Source: an uncultured Rivularia sp. (GTDB lineage: Bacteria; Cyanobacteriota; Cyanobacteriia; Cyanobacteriales; Nostocaceae). Taken from it: a DNA stretch of 64,000 bases. Below, in pieces: positions 10,551-21,647 of the stretch. The stretch spans positions 8,288,001-8,352,000 of the forward strand of contig OY762007.1 of assembly GCA_963665115.1 (NCBI GenBank), given 5' to 3'. The translations under genes and the position numbers were made by a program. The notes beneath the pieces were generated by a model. The model searched no databases and was not told where the DNA came from. It saw nothing but the letters and a program-made list of their open reading frames with translations. Positions within the stretch are counted from its first letter, which is position 1; the number at the start of each line of letters is the position of its first letter.

Positions 10551-11774
10551 ATGAAAAGACGTAAATTCATCCAGCAAGCCGGAATCTTCTCTGCTTCGAG
10601 TTTAGTTGCAGTTGGAGCTAATGCTTGGTTTAGTAGAAGTATTTCAGCCACTCCCAACTCGAAACGTTTGATCGTTATCTTTCTGCGGGGTGCGGTTGAT
10701 GGACTTAGCGTAGTGGTTCCCTATACCGAAAACGCATATTATCAAGCTAGAAAAAGAATTGCTATTCCCCAACCAGATAAACTTGGTGGTGTATTAGATT
10801 TAGATGGGAAATTTGGACTGCATCCGAGTCTTGCTGCTTTAATGCCTTTATGGAAGCAGAAAAATCTGGCTTTTGTTCACGCTTGCGGCTCTCCAGACTC
10901 TACTCGTTCCCATTTTGACGCTCAAGAATATATGGAAACTGGTACACCTGGAATTAAAAGTACTAAAGATGGTTGGATGAATCGACTTTTGGCTTTAATG
11001 TCTGTAGAAAACAATCCCATACAAGCTGTAAACGTAGGTTCTACTATTCCCAGAATTTTAGCTGGAAATGCTCCTATTGCGACTATTCCGACAGGGCGTA
11101 GGGTTGCTAAACGCTTACCTATAGATAATCCCCAATTAACAACCGCATTCGATAAATTATACAGCGGTAATGATACCTTAAGTAAAACCTATCGCGATGC
11201 ACGAGAATCCCGCAAAGCCTTAATGGAATCGGATGTTGAAATGCAGTTAGCCAACAACGGCGCACCCTTACCCAAAGGTTTCTCCAGGGATGCCCAACGT
11301 TTAGCAAAATTGATGGTACGCGATTCTAGAATTGAACTAGCATTTTTAGCTTTGGGTGGTTGGGATACTCACATCAATCAAGGAAATGCAAAAGGACAAT
11401 TAGCACAGCGCTTGCAAGGCTTGGGAGATGGTTTAGCGACTTTACAGAAAGAATTAGGTGAAGTGTACAAAGATACTAATATCGTCGTACTATCCGAATT
11501 TGGACGTACAGTCAAAGAAAACGGCAATGGCGGCACAGATCACGGACATGGTAATGTTATGTGGTTGTTGGGAGGTAACATTCAGGGTGGTCAAATTTAC
11601 GGAGAATTCCCTGGCTTGTCGAGCGATCGCCTGCACGAAGGAAGAGATTTAGCAGTAACAACTGATTTCAGAGACGTTATTTCTACAGTTTTACAGCGTC
11701 ACATCAACTTAGATAAAACAAGTATCAGTAAAATATTTCCTAATTACCAACCTGAATCAATACTTAGGGTTTGA
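10551..11774 (+). CDS. DUF1501 family protein with Tat signal
   Basis: MKRRKFIQQ twin-arginine start, LRGAVDGL, RSHFDAQ, GGWDTH, SEFGRT, GTDHGHG motifs. Confidence 0.9.
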   Translation: MKRRKFIQQAGIFSASSLVAVGANAWFSRSISATPNSKRLIVIFLRGAVDGLSVVVPYTENAYYQARKRIAIPQPDKLGGVLDLDGKFGLHPSLAALMPLWKQKNLAFVHACGSPDSTRSHFDAQEYMETGTPGIKSTKDGWMNRLLALMSVENNPIQAVNVGSTIPRILAGNAPIATIPTGRRVAKRLPIDNPQLTTAFDKLYSGNDTLSKTYRDARESRKALMESDVEMQLANNGAPLPKGFSRDAQRLAKLMVRDSRIELAFLALGGWDTHINQGNAKGQLAQRLQGLGDGLATLQKELGEVYKDTNIVVLSEFGRTVKENGNGGTDHGHGNVMWLLGGNIQGGQIYGEFPGLSSDRLHEGRDLAVTTDFRDVISTVLQRHINLDKTSISKIFPNYQPESILRV

Positions 11775-11821
11775 GATAATGCTGCATATATAGCGCTTTT
11801 CACGTTTGAGGAATATTTCGG

Positions 11822-11884
11822 AACCTCACCCCCTTCCCCTCTCCTTATTAAGGAGAAGGGTGTCCAGAGGGACGGGGTGAGGTT
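11822..11884. repeat. Dispersed palindromic element AACCTCACCCC...GGGGTGAGGTT; relatives near 46084-46121 and inside the RND gene at 47787-47848
   Basis: Terminal inverted repeats with internal CTCCTT/AAGGAG and GTCC/GGAC hairpins. Confidence 0.75.
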
Positions 11885-11987
11885 TATCTGTATTGCATCC
11901 CGCAGGTAAACTGCTATATTTATTACTTTTTCAACAAGCCCTAAATAATCTTCCTTTTTTTCATTTATTCCTAACTCCTAACTCTTA

Positions 11988-13160
11988 TTAGTAGGTTGGA
12001 ACCGAGGAATCAACTTCTTTACTCCAAGCTGTGATACCACCTTTGACGTTGGTACCTTCAATTCCGGCTTGTTTGAGAATTCCTAAAGCTTTTGCGGAAC
12101 GTCCACCCATTTTACAATGAGCTATGAGACGATGACCGTTGAGCATTTCTTTGACTTTATCAACTCCTGGGCCGTTTTCAATTTCCGATAAAGGTATTAA
12201 AACGGAACCTGGAATCTGAGCAATTTCGTATTCGTGGGGATTGCGAACATCAAGCAGTACATAGTCTTTCGCACCGCTATCAATCAAATCTTTCAAATCC
12301 CCAACAGTCATCTCTGAAATATCCATTTGCTGTTGCGCCTCTTCTGCTTTTGCTTGAGGAATACCGCAGAACTGTTCGTAGTCTATCAGTTTTTCGATGA
12401 CCGGACGCACGGGATTAGGACGTAATTTCAATTCCCGGAAATTCATATCAAGGGCATTGTATAACATCAAGCGTCCGCTGAGGGTATTACCTTGTCCGAT
12501 GATAATTTTTACCGTTTCAGTTGCTTGAATTGTGCCGATAATTCCGCACAAAACCCCTAAAACCCCACCCTCAGCACAGGAAGGAACCATTCCCGGCGGT
12601 GGTGGCTCTGGGTATAAATCGCGATAGTTTGGGCCGCCTTCGTAGTTAAATACCGTGGCTTGTCCTTCAAAGCGGAAAATAGAACCGTAAACGTTGGGTT
12701 TATCAAGTAACACGCAAGCATCGTTTACTAAATACCGGGTAGGAAAATTATCGGTACCGTCTACCACGACATCATAAGGCTTGAGAATATCGAGAGCATT
12801 TTCGCTACTGATGCGAGTTTCATACAAATCAACCTGACAATCGGGGTTAATTTCATGAATGCGGTTTTTTGCAGATTCAATCTTAGGTTTACCCACCCAA
12901 GAAGTACCGTGAATTACCTGACGCTGCAAATTAGAATGATCGACAACATCGAAATCAACAATACCGATACGTCCGATACCAGCAGCAGCTAAATATAACA
13001 GTAACGGCGAACCCAGTCCACCAGTACCAATACATAAAACGGCAGCAGCCTTCAAACGCTTTTGTCCCTCCAGCCCAACTTCAGGCAAAATCAGGTGGCG
13101 GGAATAGCGTTCGTAATCGTCCTTCGTCAGTTGGATTTCATCCAAGTTGGGATTGAGCAT
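11988..13160 (-). CDS. moeB: Molybdopterin-synthase adenylyltransferase MoeB/MoeZ with rhodanese domain
   Basis: RYSRH, GTGGLG, SNLQRQ, SCAEGG motifs; C-terminal rhodanese (HCKMGGRS). Confidence 0.93.
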   Translation of the reverse strand: MLNPNLDEIQLTKDDYERYSRHLILPEVGLEGQKRLKAAAVLCIGTGGLGSPLLLYLAAAGIGRIGIVDFDVVDHSNLQRQVIHGTSWVGKPKIESAKNRIHEINPDCQVDLYETRISSENALDILKPYDVVVDGTDNFPTRYLVNDACVLLDKPNVYGSIFRFEGQATVFNYEGGPNYRDLYPEPPPPGMVPSCAEGGVLGVLCGIIGTIQATETVKIIIGQGNTLSGRLMLYNALDMNFRELKLRPNPVRPVIEKLIDYEQFCGIPQAKAEEAQQQMDISEMTVGDLKDLIDSGAKDYVLLDVRNPHEYEIAQIPGSVLIPLSEIENGPGVDKVKEMLNGHRLIAHCKMGGRSAKALGILKQAGIEGTNVKGGITAWSKEVDSSVPTY

Positions 13161-13329
13161 AACAAATTGGGACTTGGAGGAGCAGACTTATTATCCTACC
13201 GAAAAATGGCATCATTAGTAATTCATAATTAGTAATTCGTAATAGGTTAAAGGTCAAAGGTTAGGAGTTAGTTATTCTACCCCCTCTCCCCCCTCTACCC
13301 CCTCTACCCCCTCTCCCCCTCTACCCCCT

Positions 13330-13824
13330 CTACCCCCACACTCTCAACTCTTCCTGCTGAAACTGAGAATTATCATCAAGTACCCAACTGTTAATGTCAC
13401 CTGCTCTACCTTTTTGTACGGAAACGATAATATAGGAATACTCTTGCCAAGCACAGTTACGATCGAATTCTGAGGGAGTCGCTGGATAATCGGGATGGGA
13501 ATGGAAAATACCAATTATGTTTAAGTTTTTTTCCCTAGAAGCTTTTTGCAGTTGCAGCATATCTCGGGGTGCTATGGTATATCTGCGTTTTCTGCTGCGA
13601 TCGCCATCACAAGAGTGGAAATCACTTGCTGCATCTGAATTCCAAGCGTTTTGAGTGGGGATTATCTCAATTACTGTTTTGCGATCAGCCGGAGGCTTGA
13701 CGCTTCGCGTATCGCGATCTAAGTTACCTAGAATGACACCACAACATTCTTCGGGATAAGTGCTTTCGGCATGACTAAAGATAATTTGTAAATGTTGTTT
13801 ATTAAGTTGAATCATATTAGTCAC
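13330..13824 (-). CDS. Mov34/MPN/JAMM metallopeptidase (Mec-like)
   Basis: YPEECCG and FHSHPDYPATPSEFD (HxH...S..D) JAMM motif. Confidence 0.9.
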   Translation of the reverse strand: MTNMIQLNKQHLQIIFSHAESTYPEECCGVILGNLDRDTRSVKPPADRKTVIEIIPTQNAWNSDAASDFHSCDGDRSRKRRYTIAPRDMLQLQKASREKNLNIIGIFHSHPDYPATPSEFDRNCAWQEYSYIIVSVQKGRAGDINSWVLDDNSQFQQEELRVWG

Positions 13825-15314
13825 AATCTTTACAGGTATTTATCAGTAAATAACCATTTAGCGATTATCGATCGCATTTAAACATATTTCCACCACTTTT
13901 CATCTTAATCGTAAAATTGTTTATTCTCTTCAAAGAGTAAATTTTATCAAAATTAAACGATCTAATTTTGCACAATTTTTCTTTGTAATAAAATGAGAAT
14001 ATGTGCTACATCAAAATAAAATAATAATATAATTTCATAACTTTAAATAATTATTTGTGAGTATTTTAATTTAAAATCAGTTGTTTTATAAATGTTTAAA
14101 TATATTTTTTATTGAAAATCGCTATCCTTAAATTTAGCATATAAACAAGTATTAAAGCTATGCTTTTAACTGTTTACTCAAAGATATAAAGTATTTCTAT
14201 GTAGTATGTAATTTCAAGAAAAATTGTTATTGATAGCTTCTATATAAAAAGTTATTTAACTAGCATCGTTAATTTTAAAAAAGCAATAATGCGATTAAAA
14301 TTAGTAATTACGGCAAACTATATACAAATTATTTAGCGGTGACAAAATATTCAATAGGTATAAAGACTTTGTGAAGAAGCAAAAAAAAGTTGTAAAAGAA
14401 TATAGCCAATGTTACGATTCTCTTAGAAAAACTAGTAATAAATGCTACTCTCTATTTTAGTGATAATACACCGAGTGAGAGAAGTTTGATTATTACTTCT
14501 CGATCGGAAAGCTAAAACTGTGTGATTTTAGTATCTACTATAGCGATTAGATAATTTTTGCAGGGTGTAATGTTTACTAGCCATCGGATTAGTAAGCGAC
14601 GTAAAAAATCGTTGAATTTAACTCTTCATCAGGGAAAAATTCAAGCTATAAATTTTGTAGGTTTTGAAGTTAATCGAACTTACAGGGGATTTTTTTGTTG
14701 GAATATAATCTTTCTTTTTGAACAATCGGATATTTGATATGGGCTGATATTATGAATGTCCTTTGAGAATATTCTTGTTCAAAAATAATTTAAGCTTTGT
14801 AGATAACCAATATTTATAGATTTAGGCAAACTCTTTTTTCGTAACAGATAACTATTACGCTATTAAAGCTAATTCAAGATGACGGTGAATTGACTTAATA
14901 CAGTTATCTAGGCGAAAAATTATTTTTGTTCATTTAAATAGTGAAATAATGATTGCTTTTTTTAAATTCAGCAACATTTATGCAGTCAATAATTAACTTC
15001 CAAGATGAGTATTATGAAATGCTATTCAACTAAAAAATATTTTAATCTTTCATGTTGACAGCAATTATATATACAAGTTAGAAATGGGAAGATTAAGTAA
15101 CAACATGATGAAATAGTTCAAAGCTTTTTGAAGCTATCAATTGTACTCTAAAATTTTCTATTTTTGTTAAATCGTTTTTTTTAACAAACTTGTGCAATAG
15201 ACTTCATAATATAGATTTTTGTGTGTGCCCCTTAGTGACTGTAATTAAATAATAAAAAAACAGACTTTTGTTCAGTTCTGTTTGTAACTAACAGGGTAAC
15301 TATAGAGAAAGGGA

Positions 15315-16752
15315 ATGATTCGTATGGATTACAGAACTTTAACTGTTGACAAATATAAAACAGATTTAAGATCCGCAAAAGGTACTAGATTACAAAGAGG
15401 ATTATTAATAAGATTGCTACGAGTGGCAACTTTAGTATTATTTGATATTGTTGCTATTAGTTTAGCTTGGAATATAGCATTATCCTCTGGGACAAATATA
15501 GATTCACCTTGGACGCGGAATCAATATTTTATACTATTAATTTTGCTCGTAGGAATTGGCGCGATTGCAAACAAGGGATTGTACAATTCTGGCTTTCATC
15601 GACGTAATTACTTAAGTTTGATTAATGCAGTATCTTTATCAAATATATTTCTTCTGATAATTGCTTTTCTCTACGAACCGGATAGCTATTTATCGCGTTC
15701 AAGTTTTGTCTTATTCTGGTTGTGTTCGGTAGTATTTATATCTCTCGAAAGATTTATTTTCGATATATCTACTAAAGTACTTCGTCATAAAGGAGTAATC
15801 CGTCATTCGGCTTTTTTGATTGCCGAGAAATCAGAGCAAGAGAAATATAGCGAAATTCTCAGAAAACAAGATTGCTACAGGGTGGAAGGTATTGATGATG
15901 CTAGCTGTCTGGATTTAAAAAACCGCGAAGCAACTTTTAGATATTTACGCCACCAAGGAATAGAAGAAGCTTTCGTAAGTTGGAGTTCAATCAAAAATCG
16001 ACTTTATGTTTGTTGGAACTTCCAGACTGCTGGGGTGATTTTACGAATATTGCCTAGTTTGAGTGAAGTTAGCCATCCAAAATCACGAATGACGATGGTT
16101 GGACAAGTTCCCTGCATGACGATTCCAGCACCTATTATTGCGGGTAGTGACTTCTGGTTAAAGCGATGTTTTGACCTATGTTGTGCATATGTTCTACTAT
16201 TTTTACTGTCTCCAGTTTACTTAGCGATCGCAATTTCCATTAAGCTGGATTCTCCGGGACCTGTATTCTTTAAGCAGAAGCGAGTGGGTTTACATGGTAA
16301 GTATTTTCATATTTGGAAATTCCGCACAATGGTAAGTGATGCAGAAAGTTTACAAGCATCTTTAGAAGCGAAAAATGAAATTAAGGATGGGGTTCTTTTC
16401 AAGATGAAAAATGACCCTCGTATTACTAAGATTGGGAAATTTTTGCGCGCTTATAGTCTGGATGAACTACCCCAAATATTTAATGTTTTATTTGGAGAAA
16501 TGAGTTTAGTTGGGGCCTCGCCCTCTTCCTATTAGGGATGTAGATAAATTTCAGAAAAAACATTTTATTCGTCAAGAAGTTTTACCGGGTATCACCGGAT
16601 TGTGGCAAGTTTCCGGTCGTTCTGATATAGAAAACTTTGAGGAAGGCGTAAAACTCGATATGAGCTATATCGAAAATTGGTCGCTGTGGCTAGATTTGCA
16701 AATACTGTTCTCAACTGTAAGGGTTGTAATCCAAAAAAGCGGTGCTTATTGA
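15315..16752 (+). CDS. Polyprenyl-phosphate sugar phosphotransferase (WcaJ/WbaP-like priming glycosyltransferase), +1 frameshift at 16512-16515
   Basis: KRCFD, KFRTM, DPRIT, SLDELPQ; removing one G restores MSLVGPRP and joins PGITGLWQVSGR. Confidence 0.9.
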
Positions 16753-17188
16753 GGAAGATGGGAAAATAAGAGAGAATCGTAAATAATAGTCAATCGGATT
16801 AGTTTTTTAGTTGTCTTTTAGCTAAAAAAATTAGTCTGAAAGGCACTGAACGAACAATTAGAATAACTATAAATACTCTAAAAATTATTGCCCGTTCTCC
16901 GTTCCCCGTTCCCTACTTCCTACTTGCTACCCTCTACTCCTTACTCCCCTGCTTTTAACCATACTTCCTGAGAAATAACTACATTTACCTAAATTATTCC
17001 TGACGAAAGATTTATTTACAAACCTTAAAGTGCAAAATAATTATTACAAGGTACGAGTAATTAAACAATACTTCTTACTCGATAACTGCCGATTGCTATT
17101 TAAATAAACTATTAGCCAAAAGCAGTAAGAGCAGAGTATGTTTATTTCCTAAACCTAGTTCTATACTTTTTAGGTTTTAAACAAAAAT

Positions 17189-18847
17189 ATGGCAAAGCCC
17201 ATTGAATTCAAGCTCTTTGCTCCTTATAACAAAGAAGCAGCTTTACTTGGTTCCTTTTTAGATTGGGAATCAATTGATATGGAAAAAGGCGAAGATGGCT
17301 ATTTCCGCGTCAAAGTTGATTTAGAAGACGGTGTTTATAAATATAAATTTAAAGTACGTTCAAAGTCTTGGTTTTTTGAAAAAGATCAATGGGTAGATGT
17401 AACTGACCCTTATGCAACTAATATTGATGCATTGGGTGGCTATGAGAATGGAGTTATCCGCGTTAAAGATGGGGAAAGAATTGTTGATACCTATGTTTGG
17501 CATCATGACGATAAACCCCTACCTCCAGATAATGAATTAGTGATTTACGAATTGCACGTTGCTGACTTTTCTGGTGGGGAAGATGATAAGTATGCACGTG
17601 GAAAATATGAACACGTGATTGAAAAGCTAGATTATTTGACAGAATTGGGAATTAACGCCATTGAGTTAATGCCAATTAAAGAATATCCCGGCGATTATAG
17701 CTGGGGATACAACCCCCGTCATTTCTTCGCAACTGAAACCAGCTATGGTGAAACTGCGGATTTAAAAAAGTTAATTGACGAATGTCACGGTAAAGGGATT
17801 CGTGTATTGATGGATGGTATTTTTAACCATTCAGAATCATCCGCTCCCCTAACACAAATCGACCACGATTACTGGTATCACCACGAACCCCGCGACCCGG
17901 ATAATAACTGGGGACCAGAATTTAATTACGAAAAATATGATGATAATTTAGATACTTATCCAGCGCGAAGATTTGTTGGCGATACGGTACGTTTTTGGAT
18001 TGAAGAGTATCATATTGATGGTATTCGTTACGATGCAGCAAGGCAAATTGCTAATTACGATTTCATGCATTGGATAGTAGATGAAGCTAAAAAAACTGCT
18101 GGTGCAAAACCTTTTTATAATATTGCCGAACATATTCCTGAAACTACCAGCATTACTAATGTAGATGGTCCAATGGATGCTTGCTGGCATGATAGTTTTT
18201 ATCATTGCATAAAAGAGCATGTTGCCGGTGAAAAGTTTGATTTAGAAGAATTAAAAGATGTCATAGATCCCAAGCGTCAAGGCTTCATGGGTGCGACAAA
18301 CGTTGTCAACTATCTCACCAACCACGACCATAATCGGATTATGGTGGAATTAGGCGAACGCGAAATTTTAGACGAAGAAGCGTTTCGTCGGTTAAAGTTT
18401 GCAGCAGCTATTTTAATGACAGCAGTTGGAGTACCAATGCTGTGGATGGGACAAGAATTTGGCGAATACAAACCCCAGACTCAAGAATCATCAAAAATCG
18501 AGTGGGGATTGTTAGAGAATGACCAAAATCGCGGATTGCTTGAATATTACAAAGGTTTAATTAACCTGCGTAAAAACAATCATGCTTTGTATACGGAAAA
18601 TATTGAATTTATCCACGAAAATCCTGAAGGAAAAGTATTAGCATACAGTCGTTGGAACGATCAAGGTTCCCGCATTGTAGTTATAGCTAACTTCTCTGAA
18701 AATTTCTTCGCTGGTTATCAAGTCACTAATTTCCCAGAAGCCGGTAAATGGCACGAATGGACTGCTAATTATGATGTCGAAGCTGGTGATAATGGTATTA
18801 TGACGGATTTAGGACCTTTTGAAGCCAAGGTTTTCGTTTGGGGTTAA
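17189..18847 (+). CDS. GH13 alpha-amylase family protein with N-terminal CBM48-like domain (branching-enzyme-like)
   Basis: IYELHV, WGYNP, DGIRYDA, IAEH, NHDH GH13 conserved regions. Confidence 0.88.
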   Translation: MAKPIEFKLFAPYNKEAALLGSFLDWESIDMEKGEDGYFRVKVDLEDGVYKYKFKVRSKSWFFEKDQWVDVTDPYATNIDALGGYENGVIRVKDGERIVDTYVWHHDDKPLPPDNELVIYELHVADFSGGEDDKYARGKYEHVIEKLDYLTELGINAIELMPIKEYPGDYSWGYNPRHFFATETSYGETADLKKLIDECHGKGIRVLMDGIFNHSESSAPLTQIDHDYWYHHEPRDPDNNWGPEFNYEKYDDNLDTYPARRFVGDTVRFWIEEYHIDGIRYDAARQIANYDFMHWIVDEAKKTAGAKPFYNIAEHIPETTSITNVDGPMDACWHDSFYHCIKEHVAGEKFDLEELKDVIDPKRQGFMGATNVVNYLTNHDHNRIMVELGEREILDEEAFRRLKFAAAILMTAVGVPMLWMGQEFGEYKPQTQESSKIEWGLLENDQNRGLLEYYKGLINLRKNNHALYTENIEFIHENPEGKVLAYSRWNDQGSRIVVIANFSENFFAGYQVTNFPEAGKWHEWTANYDVEAGDNGIMTDLGPFEAKVFVWG

Positions 18848-18901
18848 TTCCATCAAATAAGTTACTTTTCTTGCTTTAGTATTAAATTTACGCTTTTCTA
18901 T

Positions 18902-18931
18902 AAACCCGGTTTTTCCAAAAAACCGGGTTTA
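18902..18931 (+). terminator. AAACCCGGTTT...AAACCGGGTTT hairpin (terminator-like repeat; relatives near 4632 and 6707-6772)
   Basis: Inverted repeat read directly. Confidence 0.55.
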
Positions 18932-19185
18932 TTAATTTGTCGCGGATTAAGTTCTATATTTTCACAATCCGAAATACATTACTGTCAAGCTGTATCAAAA
19001 AAATATCACGCCTGAAGGTTAAAGAATCAACTTTCACGCGGCTAGCGGCTAGCAGAGCGTACCGTAGGTATTGCGTGCGGCTCATCAAAATTTGCTTTTA
19101 TAGCCTAGCTATTTATATCTGACGCATAAGATTGCATTCATCGTAAATATCGTTTGTCAATTTTTAATATTTTAATCAAAAACAT

Positions 19186-19761
19186 ATGAATAATTCAATA
19201 CAAACAATAACTGAAGCAGAAGAAAAGTCTCAAGAACAACTATGGTTTTTACAAGAAATAGTAGAAAACTTAGAAGATGGTATTTTAATCTTAACTCAAA
19301 CTGGTGAATTAGTTCATCGCAATGTCAGTGCCATCGGTATTTGCAGTCAAATTAATCAATTTAGTTTTGATAAAAAATCCGTACCATCTGTAATTTTAAA
19401 TACTTGTAAATCATTAATGAAAAATAATTTTGACTGTGACAATCTAACTATACAGTCAGAAGATATCGTTGTTAGTCAGTCACTTATTTTTCGTTTGAGA
19501 GTAAGACGATTCAATCTAGAATTATCAGAGCAACCTTATTTGTTGGTAACAATCGAGAATCGCTACCAATCCTTAAAAAATATAGCTTTTACCGAAGCTT
19601 ATAAATACCATCTAACCAAGCGTGAAGCGGAAATATGGAGTCTCTATCGAGCCGCATCTAGTTATAAACAGATTGCAGAGCGACTTTTTATTACTGTCAA
19701 TACAGTTAAAAAGCACATTAAAAATATTCGTGCTAAACAACAAAGCTTTTATCCCGCTTAA
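19186..19761 (+). CDS. LuxR-family transcriptional regulator with degenerate PAS-like N-terminus
   Basis: LEDGILIL...LVHRN; C-terminal LTKREAEI...IAERLFITVNTVKKH. Confidence 0.85.
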   Translation: MNNSIQTITEAEEKSQEQLWFLQEIVENLEDGILILTQTGELVHRNVSAIGICSQINQFSFDKKSVPSVILNTCKSLMKNNFDCDNLTIQSEDIVVSQSLIFRLRVRRFNLELSEQPYLLVTIENRYQSLKNIAFTEAYKYHLTKREAEIWSLYRAASSYKQIAERLFITVNTVKKHIKNIRAKQQSFYPA

Positions 19762-20060
19762 TCGAGAGAATTTGTAGAGACGGGGTATAGGGCGATCGCC
19801 GCACTACGATAGTTTTAGTTAAATTATTTTTTGGAAGTCTTTAATACCGTCTTCTTTCTCAGTTCCCTATTTCCTGTTCCCTCTTCAACGACTATTTAAT
19901 CCCCATAATAAGTACGGTTACGGTCAAAATTTATTAAAGCATACTTAATTGAATATAAAACTTTCCAAAAGTTAAATAAAATAATTATTTCAATCCCCCG
20001 GTGAATCCGGGGGGAATATTTTTTTCATTCGATAAATCTAAAGTTTTGTTTAAGTTTTAT

Positions 20061-20540
20061 CTATTGAGAATTAGGCTTTTTCTGCAAGCGAATTAATGTA
20101 TTATGAATCTGCTTTTTCAAGCTGTCATCATTGCGTAGTTTTAACGTAATGTTGTTAAAGCGTTGAATGCTAAGTCCGCTATCTTTAACAATTACCTGAG
20201 AGCGCTGGCAGTAATTTTTAGCAATATCTCTTGCTTTTTTAGGCAAAGCATTTATAGTTTGCGGTTTATTGCAGACAATCTTAGGTACCCCGTTGCCTCC
20301 GGAAATTTTTTTGATTTCGTCAAATGCTTGAAGCCTACTTTGCTCTATTGTTAATAAAGCTCTAGAATATTTAACTATTTCATTATTATCAACTGATGAA
20401 GCAGTTTGAGCATCAGCTTTTGCACTCGAAACTATACCGCTAGCGAAAAAACCGACAGCAGCTATAGAACCTATCAAAAAAGACTTATAAAGCATTCGAG
20501 CGACGTTAGTTTCCTTAGAAGAATGAGTAATTCTCTTCAT
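20061..20540 (-). CDS. DUF4168-like exported protein
   Basis: Signal peptide; EIVKYSRALLTIE...GLSIQRFNNI pattern; Cys pair. Confidence 0.7.
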   Translation of the reverse strand: MKRITHSSKETNVARMLYKSFLIGSIAAVGFFASGIVSSAKADAQTASSVDNNEIVKYSRALLTIEQSRLQAFDEIKKISGGNGVPKIVCNKPQTINALPKKARDIAKNYCQRSQVIVKDSGLSIQRFNNITLKLRNDDSLKKQIHNTLIRLQKKPNSQ

Positions 20541-20654
20541 ATGCTGTGTGATAATTAATTACAGTAAGAAGATGTTAATCACTTTGAATTGTTTGAAGCA
20601 ATAGATGTTCCCTTGAAAAATCTAAAATATCAAACAAATATCCAACAAATATAT

Positions 20655-21647
20655 TCATTGTCGGCTTTTTTGACACATTTGGCACAGTTCTATAACTTTA
20701 GTTTGGAGTGTTATAGTTTGTGCGGCTCCAAGTTTAAGATTAACTTCTAATTCAAGCAATATCGGTAAACAGGATATTAATTGCTGCACCGAAAGAAACT
20801 GAACTTCTTGCTGTAAATATTTGATGCGATAATGATTGCGAACTTCAGCAGCTTGAGCTATAGCTTGTGAAGAACGTTCGCCAGTTTCCATCATTATTTT
20901 AACCCATAACCAAGTGCGAAATTGACCGATGAGAGTGGCAACTATTCGCAAAGAAGGTTCGTAAGCATCGATTAAGTCCGCAACTACACTTAATGCTTTT
21001 GCCGTGTCTCCCATCCTAATAGCCCCAGCTAATTGTAGGCTATTTTGAGTTGAATTCCGAACTAATTGAGCGGCGGTATCAACATCCAATGGTTGATTGC
21101 TATCTTTGATGTAAAGCTGCAATTTTCCTAGTTCATTATAAAGTAAGCGAGTATCATTACCTACAGCCTCAACCAAAAATTCCGCACATTTAGGAGCTAA
21201 TTTGATTCCTAAAGATTTAGCCGTTTCATTTACAGATTTGAGGAGTAGATCGGTTTTCCAGGGCGAGATTAATCCAAATTCACGAAATTGAGCAAACTTT
21301 TTCAACAATTTTGTTGATTTTAGTCTTTCATCTGGTTTATTCGGACTAGTAATTAATAGATAAGAATTATCAGGGATTACGGACAAAGTACGCTGTAACT
21401 CAGATAGCACATTATTGTCAGATAGAGTCGTGATATTAGCATTCATCAGCCATACCAAACGTCCACCAGCCCCAAAAGGTGGTGTCATCGCTTGATTTAA
21501 GGCTTCAATCGCAGCATTAGGATAATCGGGGGGAAAAGTTGTGTAATTAAACGACATCCAATTCGCATCGAGAACCTCGTCACGTAAATTGGCGATCGCC
21601 TTTTCCATCGCAAAATCATCTTCGCCCCAGTAGATGTGGATTGGCAT
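20655..21647 (-). CDS. holA: DNA polymerase III subunit delta
   Basis: IYWGEDDF, TPPFGAGGRLV, VGNDTRLLYNELGKL. Confidence 0.92.
   Translation of the reverse strand: MPIHIYWGEDDFAMEKAIANLRDEVLDANWMSFNYTTFPPDYPNAAIEALNQAMTPPFGAGGRLVWLMNANITTLSDNNVLSELQRTLSVIPDNSYLLITSPNKPDERLKSTKLLKKFAQFREFGLISPWKTDLLLKSVNETAKSLGIKLAPKCAEFLVEAVGNDTRLLYNELGKLQLYIKDSNQPLDVDTAAQLVRNSTQNSLQLAGAIRMGDTAKALSVVADLIDAYEPSLRIVATLIGQFRTWLWVKIMMETGERSSQAIAQAAEVRNHYRIKYLQQEVQFLSVQQLISCLPILLELEVNLKLGAAQTITLQTKVIELCQMCQKSRQ

Noticed and set aside
15315..16752. Calling the sugar transferase hepC
   Set aside because: The family is clear but orthology cannot be established, and no hep cluster genes are adjacent.
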